Below, piece after piece: positions 1 to 8,995 of a DNA stretch of 47,393 nt. The translations under genes were made by a program, and so were the position numbers. This DNA is from Candidatus Woesearchaeota archaeon CG10_big_fil_rev_8_21_14_0_10_33_12 (GTDB lineage Archaea > Nanobdellota > Nanobdellia > Woesearchaeales > CG1-02-33-12), in the NCBI GenBank assembly GCA_002762865.1, contig PCYE01000003.1, positions 1 through 47,393 of the forward strand. Reading direction: 5' to 3'. The notes beneath the pieces were generated by a model. The model had not been told where the DNA came from. It saw nothing but the letters and a program-made list of their open reading frames with translations, and made no database searches. Every line of letters starts with the position of its first letter. Positions within the stretch are counted from its first letter, which is position 1.

Positions 1-47
1 TGGGCTACGCTCCCACCCCCAGACAGCCTTCGGGCTGTTTGGGTTAA
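1..47 (+). ncRNA. 3' end of an unidentified GC-rich structured RNA running off the window, or a strong stem-loop terminator
   Basis: The first ~45 nt are GC-rich in an AT-rich genome. An 11-bp stem, cccagacagcc(18-28)/ggctgtttggg(33-43), has one G-U pair and is capped by a TTCG tetraloop (29-32). A T-run (aaattttt) follows. The RNA's identity cannot be determined from this fragment. Confidence 0.3.
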
Positions 48-292
48 TAAATTTTTAGATTTTCAACGGTGCCAATAAACAAGCGAAACATTTAAATAAT
101 TCTGTTCAAAATGCCTGTAACATGAAAGAAATAAAGTTAATAGGAAATATGAATGAGTTCTTTTTAGATATATTCCTGTTAACAACACGTTAGTTCTAGT
201 GCATTTTTATAACAAAGCTTAAATACTATTTTGTTGTTTTATGGTTTTATTAAAAAATATTAAATAAAATAATGATTATGGAGGATATTCAA

Positions 293-2203
293 ATGATAAA
301 AATAAAATTCCCAGATGGCTCAAAAAAAGAATATGAAAAAGGGATAAGTGTAATAGAAGTAGCAAAAGATATAGGGGAAAAGCTTGCAGAAGATGCAATT
401 GCAGCAAAGCTTAACAATGAACTGGTTGACCTCAGCACAAAGATAAACAAGGATTCAAACCTAAAGATAATAACTTTTAAGGATGATGCTGGTAAAGAGG
501 TTTTCAGGCACTCCAGTTCGCATTTGATGGCCCAGGCAATAAAAAACCTTTACCCTGATGTTAAGTTTGCTATCGGACCTGCAGTTGAGGAGGGTTTTTA
601 CTATGATGTTGATTTAAACAAAAAGCTTACACCAGAAGATTTTGTAAAGATTGAAAAAGAAATGGATAAGATAGTCAAGGAAAACTTAAATATTGAGAGA
701 ACTAAGCTGACAAAAAAAGAGGCATTGAACCTATTCAGGGACAATCCATACAAAACAGAGATGATTAATGAGCTGGAAGATGAAAAAATAAGCATCTACA
801 AGCAGGGCAATTTCATTGATTTCTGCCGCGGGCCTCATGTTCCATCAACAGGAAAACTAAAGGCGTTCAAACTGACAAAGCTTGCCGGAGCTTACTGGAG
901 AGGAGATGCAAAAAACAAGCAATTGCAGAGAGTTTATGGAATCTCCTTCCCAGACAAAAAACAGCTAAATGCATACCTAACCTTATTAGAAGAGGCTGAA
1001 AAAAGAGACCACAGGAAGCTTGGAAAAGAGCTTGATTTGTTCAGCGTGCATGATGAAGGCCCGGGATTTCCTTTCTTCCACCCAAAAGGAACATTTATTT
1101 TCAGGGAATTACAAAAATTCTGGAGAGAGGAGCATGTAAAGGCTGGCTATAAAGAAGTGATAACCCCAATAATCCTCAACAGAAAATTATGGGAACAGAG
1201 CGGACACTGGGACCACTACAAGGAAAACATGTACTTCACAAAAATAGATAGCGAGGATTATGCAATAAAACCCATGAACTGCCCCGGCGGAATATTGATT
1301 TACAAAACAAACATAAGGTCTTACAGGGATCTTCCGTTGAGGATGGGTGAAATGGGAATTGTGCACAGGCATGAGATGTCTGGCGTGCTTGCAGGATTAT
1401 TCAGGGTCAGATGCTTCACACAGGATGACGCCCATATTTATATGACAGAGGAGCAGATAAAAGACGAGATAATAGGGGTTATTAATCTTTCAGAAAAATT
1501 CTACAATCTATTCGGATTTGAATACAATGTAGAGTTAAGCACAAAGCCAGACAATGCAATGGGCTCTGATGAAGTTTGGGAAAAGGCAACAGCCGGATTA
1601 AAGAATGCCCTTGATGCAAAAAAGATGAAGTACAAGATAAATGAGGGAGACGGGGCATTCTACGGACCAAAAATAGACTTCCATCTAAAGGACTGCCTGG
1701 GAAGGACATGGCAGTGCGGCACTATACAGCTTGACTTTGCAATGCCTGAAAAATTCGATTTGACATATGAGGGAAATGATGGAAAAAAGCATAGGCCCAT
1801 CATGATACACAGGACTATCTATGGCTCAATGGAAAGATTTTTAGGCATACTTATAGAGCATTATGCAGGAAAGTTTCCTTTATGGCTCTCTCCAACACAG
1901 GCAATAATCCTAAATATAAATGACAGCCACATCCCTTATGGAGAAAAAGTAAAACAGGAACTGGAAAAAAGCAGCATAAGGGTTGAGACTGATTTTAGGG
2001 CAGAGACCATGCCAAAGAAAGTCAGGGAAGCACAGCTAAATAAAATCCCTTTAGTATTAACAGTTGGAGACAAGGAAAAAGAAAACAACACTGTTGCTGT
2101 AAGAACCCTTGACGGCAAGGTTTACTTTGGCATAAAAACAGGAGATTTAATCAAAAAAATGCAAGAGACCATTGATAACAAATCGTCTGAGATTAAGTTT
2201 TAA
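293..2203 (+). CDS. thrS: Threonyl-tRNA synthetase, bacterial/eukaryal-type architecture (TGS, HxxxH editing domain, class II core, anticodon-binding domain)
   Basis: MIKIKFPDGS forms the TGS-like N-terminus. RHSSSHLMAQAIK is the editing-domain HxxxH motif. The class II core contains FRVRCFTQDDAHIY and GPKIDFH. GGAGGA lies 7 nt upstream of the ATG at 293; the in-frame ATG at 272 is the alternative start. Confidence 0.9.
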   Translation: MIKIKFPDGSKKEYEKGISVIEVAKDIGEKLAEDAIAAKLNNELVDLSTKINKDSNLKIITFKDDAGKEVFRHSSSHLMAQAIKNLYPDVKFAIGPAVEEGFYYDVDLNKKLTPEDFVKIEKEMDKIVKENLNIERTKLTKKEALNLFRDNPYKTEMINELEDEKISIYKQGNFIDFCRGPHVPSTGKLKAFKLTKLAGAYWRGDAKNKQLQRVYGISFPDKKQLNAYLTLLEEAEKRDHRKLGKELDLFSVHDEGPGFPFFHPKGTFIFRELQKFWREEHVKAGYKEVITPIILNRKLWEQSGHWDHYKENMYFTKIDSEDYAIKPMNCPGGILIYKTNIRSYRDLPLRMGEMGIVHRHEMSGVLAGLFRVRCFTQDDAHIYMTEEQIKDEIIGVINLSEKFYNLFGFEYNVELSTKPDNAMGSDEVWEKATAGLKNALDAKKMKYKINEGDGAFYGPKIDFHLKDCLGRTWQCGTIQLDFAMPEKFDLTYEGNDGKKHRPIMIHRTIYGSMERFLGILIEHYAGKFPLWLSPTQAIILNINDSHIPYGEKVKQELEKSSIRVETDFRAETMPKKVREAQLNKIPLVLTVGDKEKENNTVAVRTLDGKVYFGIKTGDLIKKMQETIDNKSSEIKF

Positions 2204-2233
2204 TTTTTTATTTTCTTTGAATAAAACAAAAGA

Positions 2234-2266
2234 TTTATAAAGGAATTGTAACTAGCTAGTTACAAT
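2234..2266 (+). promoter_or_regulatory. TATA-like box (tttataaa, 2234-2241) followed by a perfect 22-bp palindrome attgtaactag|ctagttacaat (2245-2266); candidate operator
   Basis: The palindrome was verified base by base. It lies 16 nt upstream of the ATG at 2282, where an archaeal transcription start would be expected relative to the TATA box. Confidence 0.4.
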
Positions 2267-2281
2267 AGAACAAAGATAAAA

Positions 2282-2581
2282 ATGAAAGATGTTTACAAAA
2301 CTTCAAAGTACCCTAATTCAGTAAATGATTGTGGTTGCGGTTATGCTAACAAGATCATTGAAGAATTAAGAGGTATAGAAACATATGCTCTTGCTAAAGA
2401 ATTAAGTCAAATAGGATCATTCTTACCAAAAGATAAGATAGGAGCTAAATCTCCATCTGATGAAAACCTGCAGGATATGATTGATTCAGGGAAGGATTTC
2501 TTTGATATTCCTGAATTACCTTTGAGATTATCAAATAATAAGTCAGAGATTGTTAAAGAAAGATCTTTTAATAGTAGATAA
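2282..2581 (+). CDS. Hypothetical protein (99 aa) with no recognisable motif
   Basis: This is the only long ORF in the gap and sits downstream of the TATA box and palindrome. It has a CGCG motif near the N-terminus. I recognise no family. Confidence 0.45.
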   Translation: MKDVYKTSKYPNSVNDCGCGYANKIIEELRGIETYALAKELSQIGSFLPKDKIGAKSPSDENLQDMIDSGKDFFDIPELPLRLSNNKSEIVKERSFNSR

Positions 2582-2651
2582 TTATATTTTATTTAAAAAA
2601 TTCATGTTTTTTCTAAAGGTTTATAAATAAAAACCTGTTCTTAGCTGTAAA

Positions 2652-4013
2652 ATGGTGCTTGAGAAACTTGGAAATTCATTAAAAAATACATTGAGCAAGA
2701 TAGCTAAAGCCATATTTGTTGACGAGAAGCTCATTAATGAGCTTGTCAAAGACATACAGCGAGCTTTATTGCAGGCAGATGTTAATGTAAAGCTTGTTTT
2801 TGATTTAAGCAATAAGATAAAAGAGCGGGCCTTAAAAGAGGAAACCCCTGCTGGCCTCACAAAAAAAGAATACCTTATAAAAGTAGTTTATGAGGAATTA
2901 GTGAACTTTGTCGGAAAAGAAGAAGGCAAAATAGAAATTAAGAAAAAACCAACAAAAATAATGCTTGTTGGTCTGTTTGGCTCTGGAAAAACAACTCAGG
3001 CAGGAAAGCTCGCTAAATTCTATACAAAAAGAGGCTATAAGGTTGCACTGGTTGGCCTTGATACCCATAGGCCTGCTGCAATGGAACAAATTGAGCAGAT
3101 AGCAAAAAAAGCAAATGTTCCTGTTTTCCTTGACAAAAAGGAAAAAAATCCATTGAAGATATGGAAAAATTTTGAAAATAAGTTCAATAAGTATAATATA
3201 ATAATCATAGACACTTCTGGAAGGGACGCATTATCAAAAGATTTGATTGAAGAAATAAAAAATATAAACAAAGCTGTAAAGCCAGAGGAAAATCTCTTGG
3301 TAATAAGTGCAGACATTGGCCAGGCAGCTCAGAAACAGGCACAGGCTTTCAATGAGTCATGCAGGATAACAGGCGTTATAGTAACAAAGATGGATGGCAC
3401 TGCAAAAGCAGGAGGTGCTTTAACAGCATGCGCTGCAACAGATGCAAAGATAAAATTTATTGGTGTTGGTGAAAAATTAGATGATTTAGAGGTTTTCAGG
3501 CCAGAAGGCTTTATTTCAAGGCTTTTAGGCATGGGTGACCTTGAAGCATTATTAGAAAAAGCAGAACAGGCAATATCCAAAGAGGATGCAGAGGATTTGG
3601 GAAAAAGATTTCTCAAGGGAGAGTTTAACTTAATTGATTTGTATGAGCAGATGCAGGCAATGAGCAAGATGGGGCCTTTGAGCAAGATAACAGAGATGAT
3701 ACCTGGATTTTCCCAGTTAAAGATGCCAAAGGAAATGTTAAAAGTTCAGGAAGGAAAACTGAAAAAATGGCGCTTTATAATGGACTCAATGTCAAGGGAA
3801 GAGCTTGAAGACCCAGACATTATAAGTATTACAAGAATTGACAGGATTGCAAAGGGCTCAGGAACATCTACAAAAGAAATAAGGGAATTATTAAAGCAGT
3901 ACAGGCAGAGCAAAAAAATGGCAAAGCTCTTTAAGGGTGGCAGCCCAAAGAACATGGAAAGAATGATGAAAAAATTCAGTGGCAAGGGTATGCAAGGTAT
4001 GAAGTTCAAATAA
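2652..4013 (+). CDS. srp54: Signal recognition particle protein SRP54
   Basis: GLFGSGKTT is the P-loop and DTSGR and TKMDG are the other GTPase motifs. The Met-rich C-terminal M domain contains MQAMSKMGPLSKITEMIPG. Confidence 0.93.
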   Translation: MVLEKLGNSLKNTLSKIAKAIFVDEKLINELVKDIQRALLQADVNVKLVFDLSNKIKERALKEETPAGLTKKEYLIKVVYEELVNFVGKEEGKIEIKKKPTKIMLVGLFGSGKTTQAGKLAKFYTKRGYKVALVGLDTHRPAAMEQIEQIAKKANVPVFLDKKEKNPLKIWKNFENKFNKYNIIIIDTSGRDALSKDLIEEIKNINKAVKPEENLLVISADIGQAAQKQAQAFNESCRITGVIVTKMDGTAKAGGALTACAATDAKIKFIGVGEKLDDLEVFRPEGFISRLLGMGDLEALLEKAEQAISKEDAEDLGKRFLKGEFNLIDLYEQMQAMSKMGPLSKITEMIPGFSQLKMPKEMLKVQEGKLKKWRFIMDSMSREELEDPDIISITRIDRIAKGSGTSTKEIRELLKQYRQSKKMAKLFKGGSPKNMERMMKKFSGKGMQGMKFK

Positions 4014-4088
4014 AGAAATCTCTAGTTTATTGTAGAAAGCACTCTTTTATCAATACATTTATTAAATCCCTGCTCAATTTCATTTCCT

Positions 4089-4802
4089 ATGAAAGACTTC
4101 GAACTGATGCTGGCACCGATGGAAAGCCACACTGGCCCAGAGTTCAGAGAGCTATGCTACAAAAAAGGAGCAGATTCAACATTCACTGAAATGGCAAGGA
4201 TATCTGGATTAGCCAAGCGCAATAAAAGTACATTAGAAAAAATTAAAATTCCAAAGCCAATTCCAACTTACATTCAACTGATTGGATCAGATATTACAGA
4301 CTTAAATAAGTTTCTGCAAAACTTTTTACCTCAAAAAGGATTCTTAGGATTCAATCTAAACTTGGGCTGTTCAAGTCCGAACATGGTTCAAGTAGGGTTA
4401 GGTTGCGCTTTAATTAAAAGAATAAGTAAAGTTAAAAAAATAATTCAGACAATACAGGATTACAGTCATCCTGCATCGATAAAATTAAGATTGGGAATGA
4501 ACAAATTCGAAAAGCAAAAAAAAGTCTATCTTAACTTGATAAACGAAGTAGATGCAGACTTCTTTATAGTTCATGCAAGAGATGGTAAACAAACCCTCAA
4601 AGATCCTGCGGACTTTAGCGTTTACAACGAAATAGTCAAGACAAATAAGATTATAATAGCAAACGGCGACATAAGAACAAAGGAGCAGGTACAATATCTA
4701 AATGCTATTGGAATAAAAGGTGCAATGATAGGCCGAGCTGCATTAAAGAATCCTGATATATTCAATAATCTAAAGCAGAATGGGCTATTTGTAAAAGCAT
4801 AA
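4089..4802 (+). CDS. dus: tRNA-dihydrouridine synthase-like flavoprotein (short form, 237 aa)
   Basis: MLAPMESHTGPEFR is a Dus-type N-terminus. NLNLGCSSPN carries the catalytic-Cys region. KLRLG, HARDG and GDI..MIGRAAL are TIM-barrel FMN motifs. There appears to be no C-terminal helical domain. Confidence 0.7.
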   Translation: MKDFELMLAPMESHTGPEFRELCYKKGADSTFTEMARISGLAKRNKSTLEKIKIPKPIPTYIQLIGSDITDLNKFLQNFLPQKGFLGFNLNLGCSSPNMVQVGLGCALIKRISKVKKIIQTIQDYSHPASIKLRLGMNKFEKQKKVYLNLINEVDADFFIVHARDGKQTLKDPADFSVYNEIVKTNKIIIANGDIRTKEQVQYLNAIGIKGAMIGRAALKNPDIFNNLKQNGLFVKA

Positions 4803-4861
4803 CTTATTAATGATATACCTTTTAGATAAATTATAGTTATTAAGTAATTTCTAAAATATTG

Positions 4862-5293
4862 TCAAACAAGATTGTTTATTATTGCTGAAATCACAAAGCC
4901 TAATGCTAAGCCGAAAATCAGGCCAATTAAAAACCTATCTGTGAAAAAGTTTGTTTTATCTTTTACAACAAGGCCACTTTTTAGCTTTTCAAGCTGCTCA
5001 ATCCTCTGGCTAACTGTTTCAAATGCTTTTTTCCTGGTTTTGGCTTTCAGCAAGTCATTGCTTAGTTCAACATCTTCAATAATATCTTTAACCCAGTTGC
5101 TGAAATCATTTTTTTCTTTTGTCACATGATGCTTAAAAGCATCATTACCCATTATTTCCAATGCTTCAGCAAGCTCCTGCAGGTTCTTTATTGATGTTCC
5201 CATATGAATATTAAATTCATGTTTTGGAACAACATCATTTAAGATTAAGTTTGCATCTTCTGGCAATAAATTATTTTTTGCTATTTTAATCAC
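4862..5293 (-). CDS. Uncharacterised protein, paralog A of the F..G..KN..L...M...F.HHV...NDF.W domain, with a C-terminal TM anchor
   Basis: The motif block is HEFNIHMGTSIKNLQELAEALEIMGNDAFKHHVTKEKNDFSNWVKDI. The C-terminal hydrophobic helix is FLIGLIFGLALGFVISAIINNLV. The start is GTG, 6 nt after the stop of paralog B. Confidence 0.65.
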   Translation of the reverse strand: MIKIAKNNLLPEDANLILNDVVPKHEFNIHMGTSIKNLQELAEALEIMGNDAFKHHVTKEKNDFSNWVKDIIEDVELSNDLLKAKTRKKAFETVSQRIEQLEKLKSGLVVKDKTNFFTDRFLIGLIFGLALGFVISAIINNLV

Positions 5294-5299
5294 CTTTTT

Positions 5300-5611
5300 T
5301 TAGTTGAATTTTTTTATTATATGCTTTAATATAATTATCTGTGTTTTATCTTTCTCAGTTGTTTTCAAAAGTTCTTCTGCAAGCTTTTCCTCTTTAAATA
5401 TCTCTTTTATCCAGCTCGCAAAATCATTTTTCATATCGTTGACATGATATCTGAATACTTCGTCAGACATTTTATCAAGCTGTTTAGACAAATCCAATAC
5501 ATTCTTTAAAACAGTTCCATCATTAACAAAAAAATAATGGTCTGAATTTGCGTCCTTCAATATATCCTTCTTTTCTATTTTTTTCTCTTTAACTCTTTTT
5601 TGTGTTTTCAT
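5300..5611 (-). CDS. Uncharacterised protein, paralog B of the same domain (soluble, 103 aa)
   Basis: The motif block is HYFFVNDGTVLKNVLDLSKQLDKMSDEVFRYHVNDMKNDFASWIKEI. Its ATG overlaps the GH57 TGA stop as ATGA (5608-5611). Confidence 0.7.
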   Translation of the reverse strand: MKTQKRVKEKKIEKKDILKDANSDHYFFVNDGTVLKNVLDLSKQLDKMSDEVFRYHVNDMKNDFASWIKEIFKEEKLAEELLKTTEKDKTQIIILKHIIKKFN

Positions 5612-6825
5612 ACTAACACCTCTTTTTTTAATATATTTTTTTCTGAATGCTCTTTTAACCTGAAATTCATATCATTTAATATATTCATAAAAGTTATGAA
5701 TGCATCATAGGGATTATCATAAGGATTGAAGTATTTATGCACATCGCCATCATTGAACCATTTTGTACACATGTAATAAAAATGGTCGCTTGTCTGAAGC
5801 TTTCTCCAATCATTAATGAGTTTTTTATCCTTTGATTTTTTTATGGCATCTTCAATCTGGTATATCTCATTTATTGCTGACTTCTGCATGTCATTTCCAT
5901 CCCATGCGCTTGTATCCCTTTCAACATCTGCCCATGAAACAGGGCTGTGAATGTCTAATTCTGCAACCGGATTATATGCTTTTATTGCCTCACTAGGTGT
6001 CTTAAAATCATTGTCAGGATGCTTTAATAACTCCTGAGGCAAATGCCTTAAAAAATTAAATATTCCTGTATCTTCCCACTGGTGCTCTCCAAAGGTTTCA
6101 TAATCCATAAATAAATTAACTACATTCCCATTTCCATTAACAGCATTAACCCAATTAGTGTATTTATCAACTGTAAGTGGCCATTCCTTCCAGCCCTTAT
6201 CTGAAAACCTGAATGCAATATCGTCAGAAAGCTTGTAATTTTTAAGCAAAAGCTTAATTCTTGATGTTGTTTTTGGAGTATAAATAAAATTAGGTGATCT
6301 CCAGCCAAGTATATGGTCTGCTCCCTCTGCAAGTATTCCCTTATAACCCATTGATTCAACAAAATTTGCAAGCTCATTATTATAAACAAGCTCTGTGTTC
6401 CTAAAAACAGATGGATTCTGCTTAAACAAGCTTCTTATTTTTTTATTATGCAAAATAACCTGCTCCTTAAATTCCTGTTTTGAATGCAGGAATGCAAGCG
6501 AATGATAATATGTTTCATCAAGTATTTCAACCTTCCCTGTATCAACCAAATCCTTAAATGATTGCAAAACTTCTGGCATAAATTCCTCAAATTGCTCTAG
6601 GATAACACCTGAAAAAGAATAGCTTATCTTAAATTCTTCATGCTTGTTAAGCAGATCAAGCATTAGCTTGTTGGTTGGAAGATAACATTTTTCTGCAACT
6701 TTTTGTAGTATATCTAAATTCTTCTGCTTATTAGTGTAACTATGATTCTTTCCAATCTCAAAAACATTATAATTCCTAAGCCTGTAGGGCTGATGAACCT
6801 GAAAATAAAAACAAATTGATACCAT
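5608..6825 (-). CDS. Glycoside hydrolase family 57 (alpha-amylase/alpha-glucan-active enzyme)
   Basis: The N-terminus ICFYFQVHQPYRLRNY is typical of GH57 (HQP motif). Other family-like blocks are TELVYNNE, DYETFGEHQW and WADVERD. Confidence 0.8.
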   Translation of the reverse strand: MVSICFYFQVHQPYRLRNYNVFEIGKNHSYTNKQKNLDILQKVAEKCYLPTNKLMLDLLNKHEEFKISYSFSGVILEQFEEFMPEVLQSFKDLVDTGKVEILDETYYHSLAFLHSKQEFKEQVILHNKKIRSLFKQNPSVFRNTELVYNNELANFVESMGYKGILAEGADHILGWRSPNFIYTPKTTSRIKLLLKNYKLSDDIAFRFSDKGWKEWPLTVDKYTNWVNAVNGNGNVVNLFMDYETFGEHQWEDTGIFNFLRHLPQELLKHPDNDFKTPSEAIKAYNPVAELDIHSPVSWADVERDTSAWDGNDMQKSAINEIYQIEDAIKKSKDKKLINDWRKLQTSDHFYYMCTKWFNDGDVHKYFNPYDNPYDAFITFMNILNDMNFRLKEHSEKNILKKEVLV

Positions 6826-6834
6826 TTTTAATCT

Positions 6835-7584
6835 TTAATGTGTAAGCCACCCTCCGTCAACAAATAATGTAATGCCAGTTATATAATCTGAATTATCTGA
6901 GGCAAGGAATAGGGCTGCATTTGCTATGTCTTCTGGCTTTCCAATTCTGCTTAATGGAATATTGGCAAGCAGTGTTTCCTTTGTTGCTTTATCTTCTAAT
7001 AAGTCTTTTGTCATATCTGTTTCTATCACGCCTGGGCCGATTGCATTAACATTTATTTTATATTGCGCTAGCTCTAGAGCAAGCTCTCTTGTTATGTTTA
7101 TTATTGCTCCTTTTGAAGCACAGTAAGCACTAGAGTTTGCAAATCCTACCTGGCCTGCAATAGATGCTATATTAATTATCTTGCCTTTGCCCTGTTTTAT
7201 CATCTCTGGAACAACAGCTTTTGAACAGAGAAAAACTCCCTTAAGGTTTATGTCTAAAGTCCTGTCAAAATCCTGCTCTGTAACATCAGTTAATGATTTT
7301 TGCATATATATTCCTGCATTATTAACAAGTATATCAACTTTGCCAAATTTTTCTGTTGTTAAGTTTATCATTTGGCTAACATCTTCAGGATTGGAAACAT
7401 CTGTCTTAACAGCCAAAGCATTTCCATTAATAGCCTTAATCTCTTCAACTAGTTTATTGCAATCATCTAGGTTTATGTCACTAACAACAATATTTGCTCC
7501 TGCTTTTGCCAAAGCAAGTGCTATTGCCTTTCCAATCCCTCTTCTTGAACCTGTTACAATCGCTACTTTATTTTTTAGATTCAT
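6835..7584 (-). CDS. Short-chain dehydrogenase/reductase (FabG-like)
   Basis: TGSRRGIGKAIA is the TGxxxGxG cofactor motif. NNAG is present, and YCASKGA is the YxxxK catalytic motif. Confidence 0.85.
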   Translation of the reverse strand: MNLKNKVAIVTGSRRGIGKAIALALAKAGANIVVSDINLDDCNKLVEEIKAINGNALAVKTDVSNPEDVSQMINLTTEKFGKVDILVNNAGIYMQKSLTDVTEQDFDRTLDINLKGVFLCSKAVVPEMIKQGKGKIINIASIAGQVGFANSSAYCASKGAIINITRELALELAQYKINVNAIGPGVIETDMTKDLLEDKATKETLLANIPLSRIGKPEDIANAALFLASDNSDYITGITLFVDGGWLTH

Positions 7585-7597
7585 TCTAATACCCCCT

Positions 7598-8818
7598 TTA
7601 TGAACTGCTTAATACTTTTTTATAAACGTCAATGCATTTTTTGGCACTGTCATTCCAGCTGATTTTTTTTATTTCTATCAGACCATGCTCCTTTAAGCAA
7701 TGATGCAATGCATTATATTTAAGTACTGCTATTATCTTGCTGGCCATCTCATCAATATCCCAAAAATCAACCTTAAGGCAGTTTTTTATAACTTCTGAAA
7801 CACCTGACTGCTTTGAGATGATAACCGGGGTTCCGTTTCTCATTGCTTCTAATGGCGTTATTCCAAATGGCTCTGAAACAGAGGGCATAACATACAAGTC
7901 TGCCATTTTATATGCCCTGTTAATATCATCGCCACGCAAAAAGCCGGTAAATAAGACATGCTGTGCAATCCCTAACCTTGCTGCTCTTTCTATCATATCT
8001 ACTTCCATATCACCAGAGCCTGCAATAATAAACTTAATATTTTTTTCATTTTCAAGCACTTTTTTAGCAGCATCAAGGAAATAATCAGGGCCTTTTTGCA
8101 GTGTTATTCTTCCAAGGAATAAAACTATTTTATCCTGGCTTTTTATCTTAAACTCTTCAGTATCAGGGAAGCTTTTAAATTCAACAGCATTGTGAACTAC
8201 AAAAACTTTTTCAGAGCTTATTCCATAATGCTCTACTATTTTATTTTTTGTAAAGTTAGATACTGCTATAATCAAATCTGCAGCATGCATTCCCATTCTT
8301 TCAATATCATAAACAGCCTGGTTTGGATGGTCTCCTGTGCGGTCAAATTCAGTTGCATGAACATGCATAACCAATGGTTTTTTTGAGACTTTTTTTGCCT
8401 CAATTCCTGCCAAATAAGTCATCCAGTCATGGCAATGTATTAAATCAAAAGTCTCATTTTCAGCTATTTCCCTTGCTTTTCTGGCATATCTGTGAACTTC
8501 TTCAAATAAGTTTTGGCCATAAACCCTATTAAAATTCTTGTCTGAATTCATACATCTTTTCTTATGCATAGTTTCATATCCCTCTGATGATATATAAGGG
8601 ACCAATAATGAATCTACAGTTTTGATGTTAACAAAACTTGTAGAAAATGCAATTATCATATCAACAAAATCTGATTTAATTGGCTTTGGTGCTGTTGGGA
8701 TTACAAATGTTATATTAATGCCCTGTTTGCTTAGGCCTTTTGTAAGGCCATAGCATGCTGTTCCCAATCCACCTGTATTAAAAGGAGGAAATTCCCAGCC
8801 AAACATCAAAACTTTCAT
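7598..8818 (-). CDS. GT-B glycosyltransferase of GT4/GT5 type (archaeal/bacterial glycogen-synthase-like)
   Basis: The N-terminus MKVLMFGWEFPPFNTGGLGTACYGLTKGL resembles the starch/glycogen-synthase K-x-GGL region. EPFGITPLEAM is the E-x7-E motif. Confidence 0.65.
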   Translation of the reverse strand: MKVLMFGWEFPPFNTGGLGTACYGLTKGLSKQGINITFVIPTAPKPIKSDFVDMIIAFSTSFVNIKTVDSLLVPYISSEGYETMHKKRCMNSDKNFNRVYGQNLFEEVHRYARKAREIAENETFDLIHCHDWMTYLAGIEAKKVSKKPLVMHVHATEFDRTGDHPNQAVYDIERMGMHAADLIIAVSNFTKNKIVEHYGISSEKVFVVHNAVEFKSFPDTEEFKIKSQDKIVLFLGRITLQKGPDYFLDAAKKVLENEKNIKFIIAGSGDMEVDMIERAARLGIAQHVLFTGFLRGDDINRAYKMADLYVMPSVSEPFGITPLEAMRNGTPVIISKQSGVSEVIKNCLKVDFWDIDEMASKIIAVLKYNALHHCLKEHGLIEIKKISWNDSAKKCIDVYKKVLSSS

Positions 8819-8995
8819 TCAAACCCCTTTTTTGTTTATATAGCCAAATCTAACTAAAATAACTGGAAAGGCTTATTATATAAATAACTTACCAATTACT
8901 GCATAGTAACATAAGCATAGATTTGTTTACAAGTTAACCCTTAAAGAGATAAAACAAAACATATTTATATAAGTATTATTTGATATATGACATAA

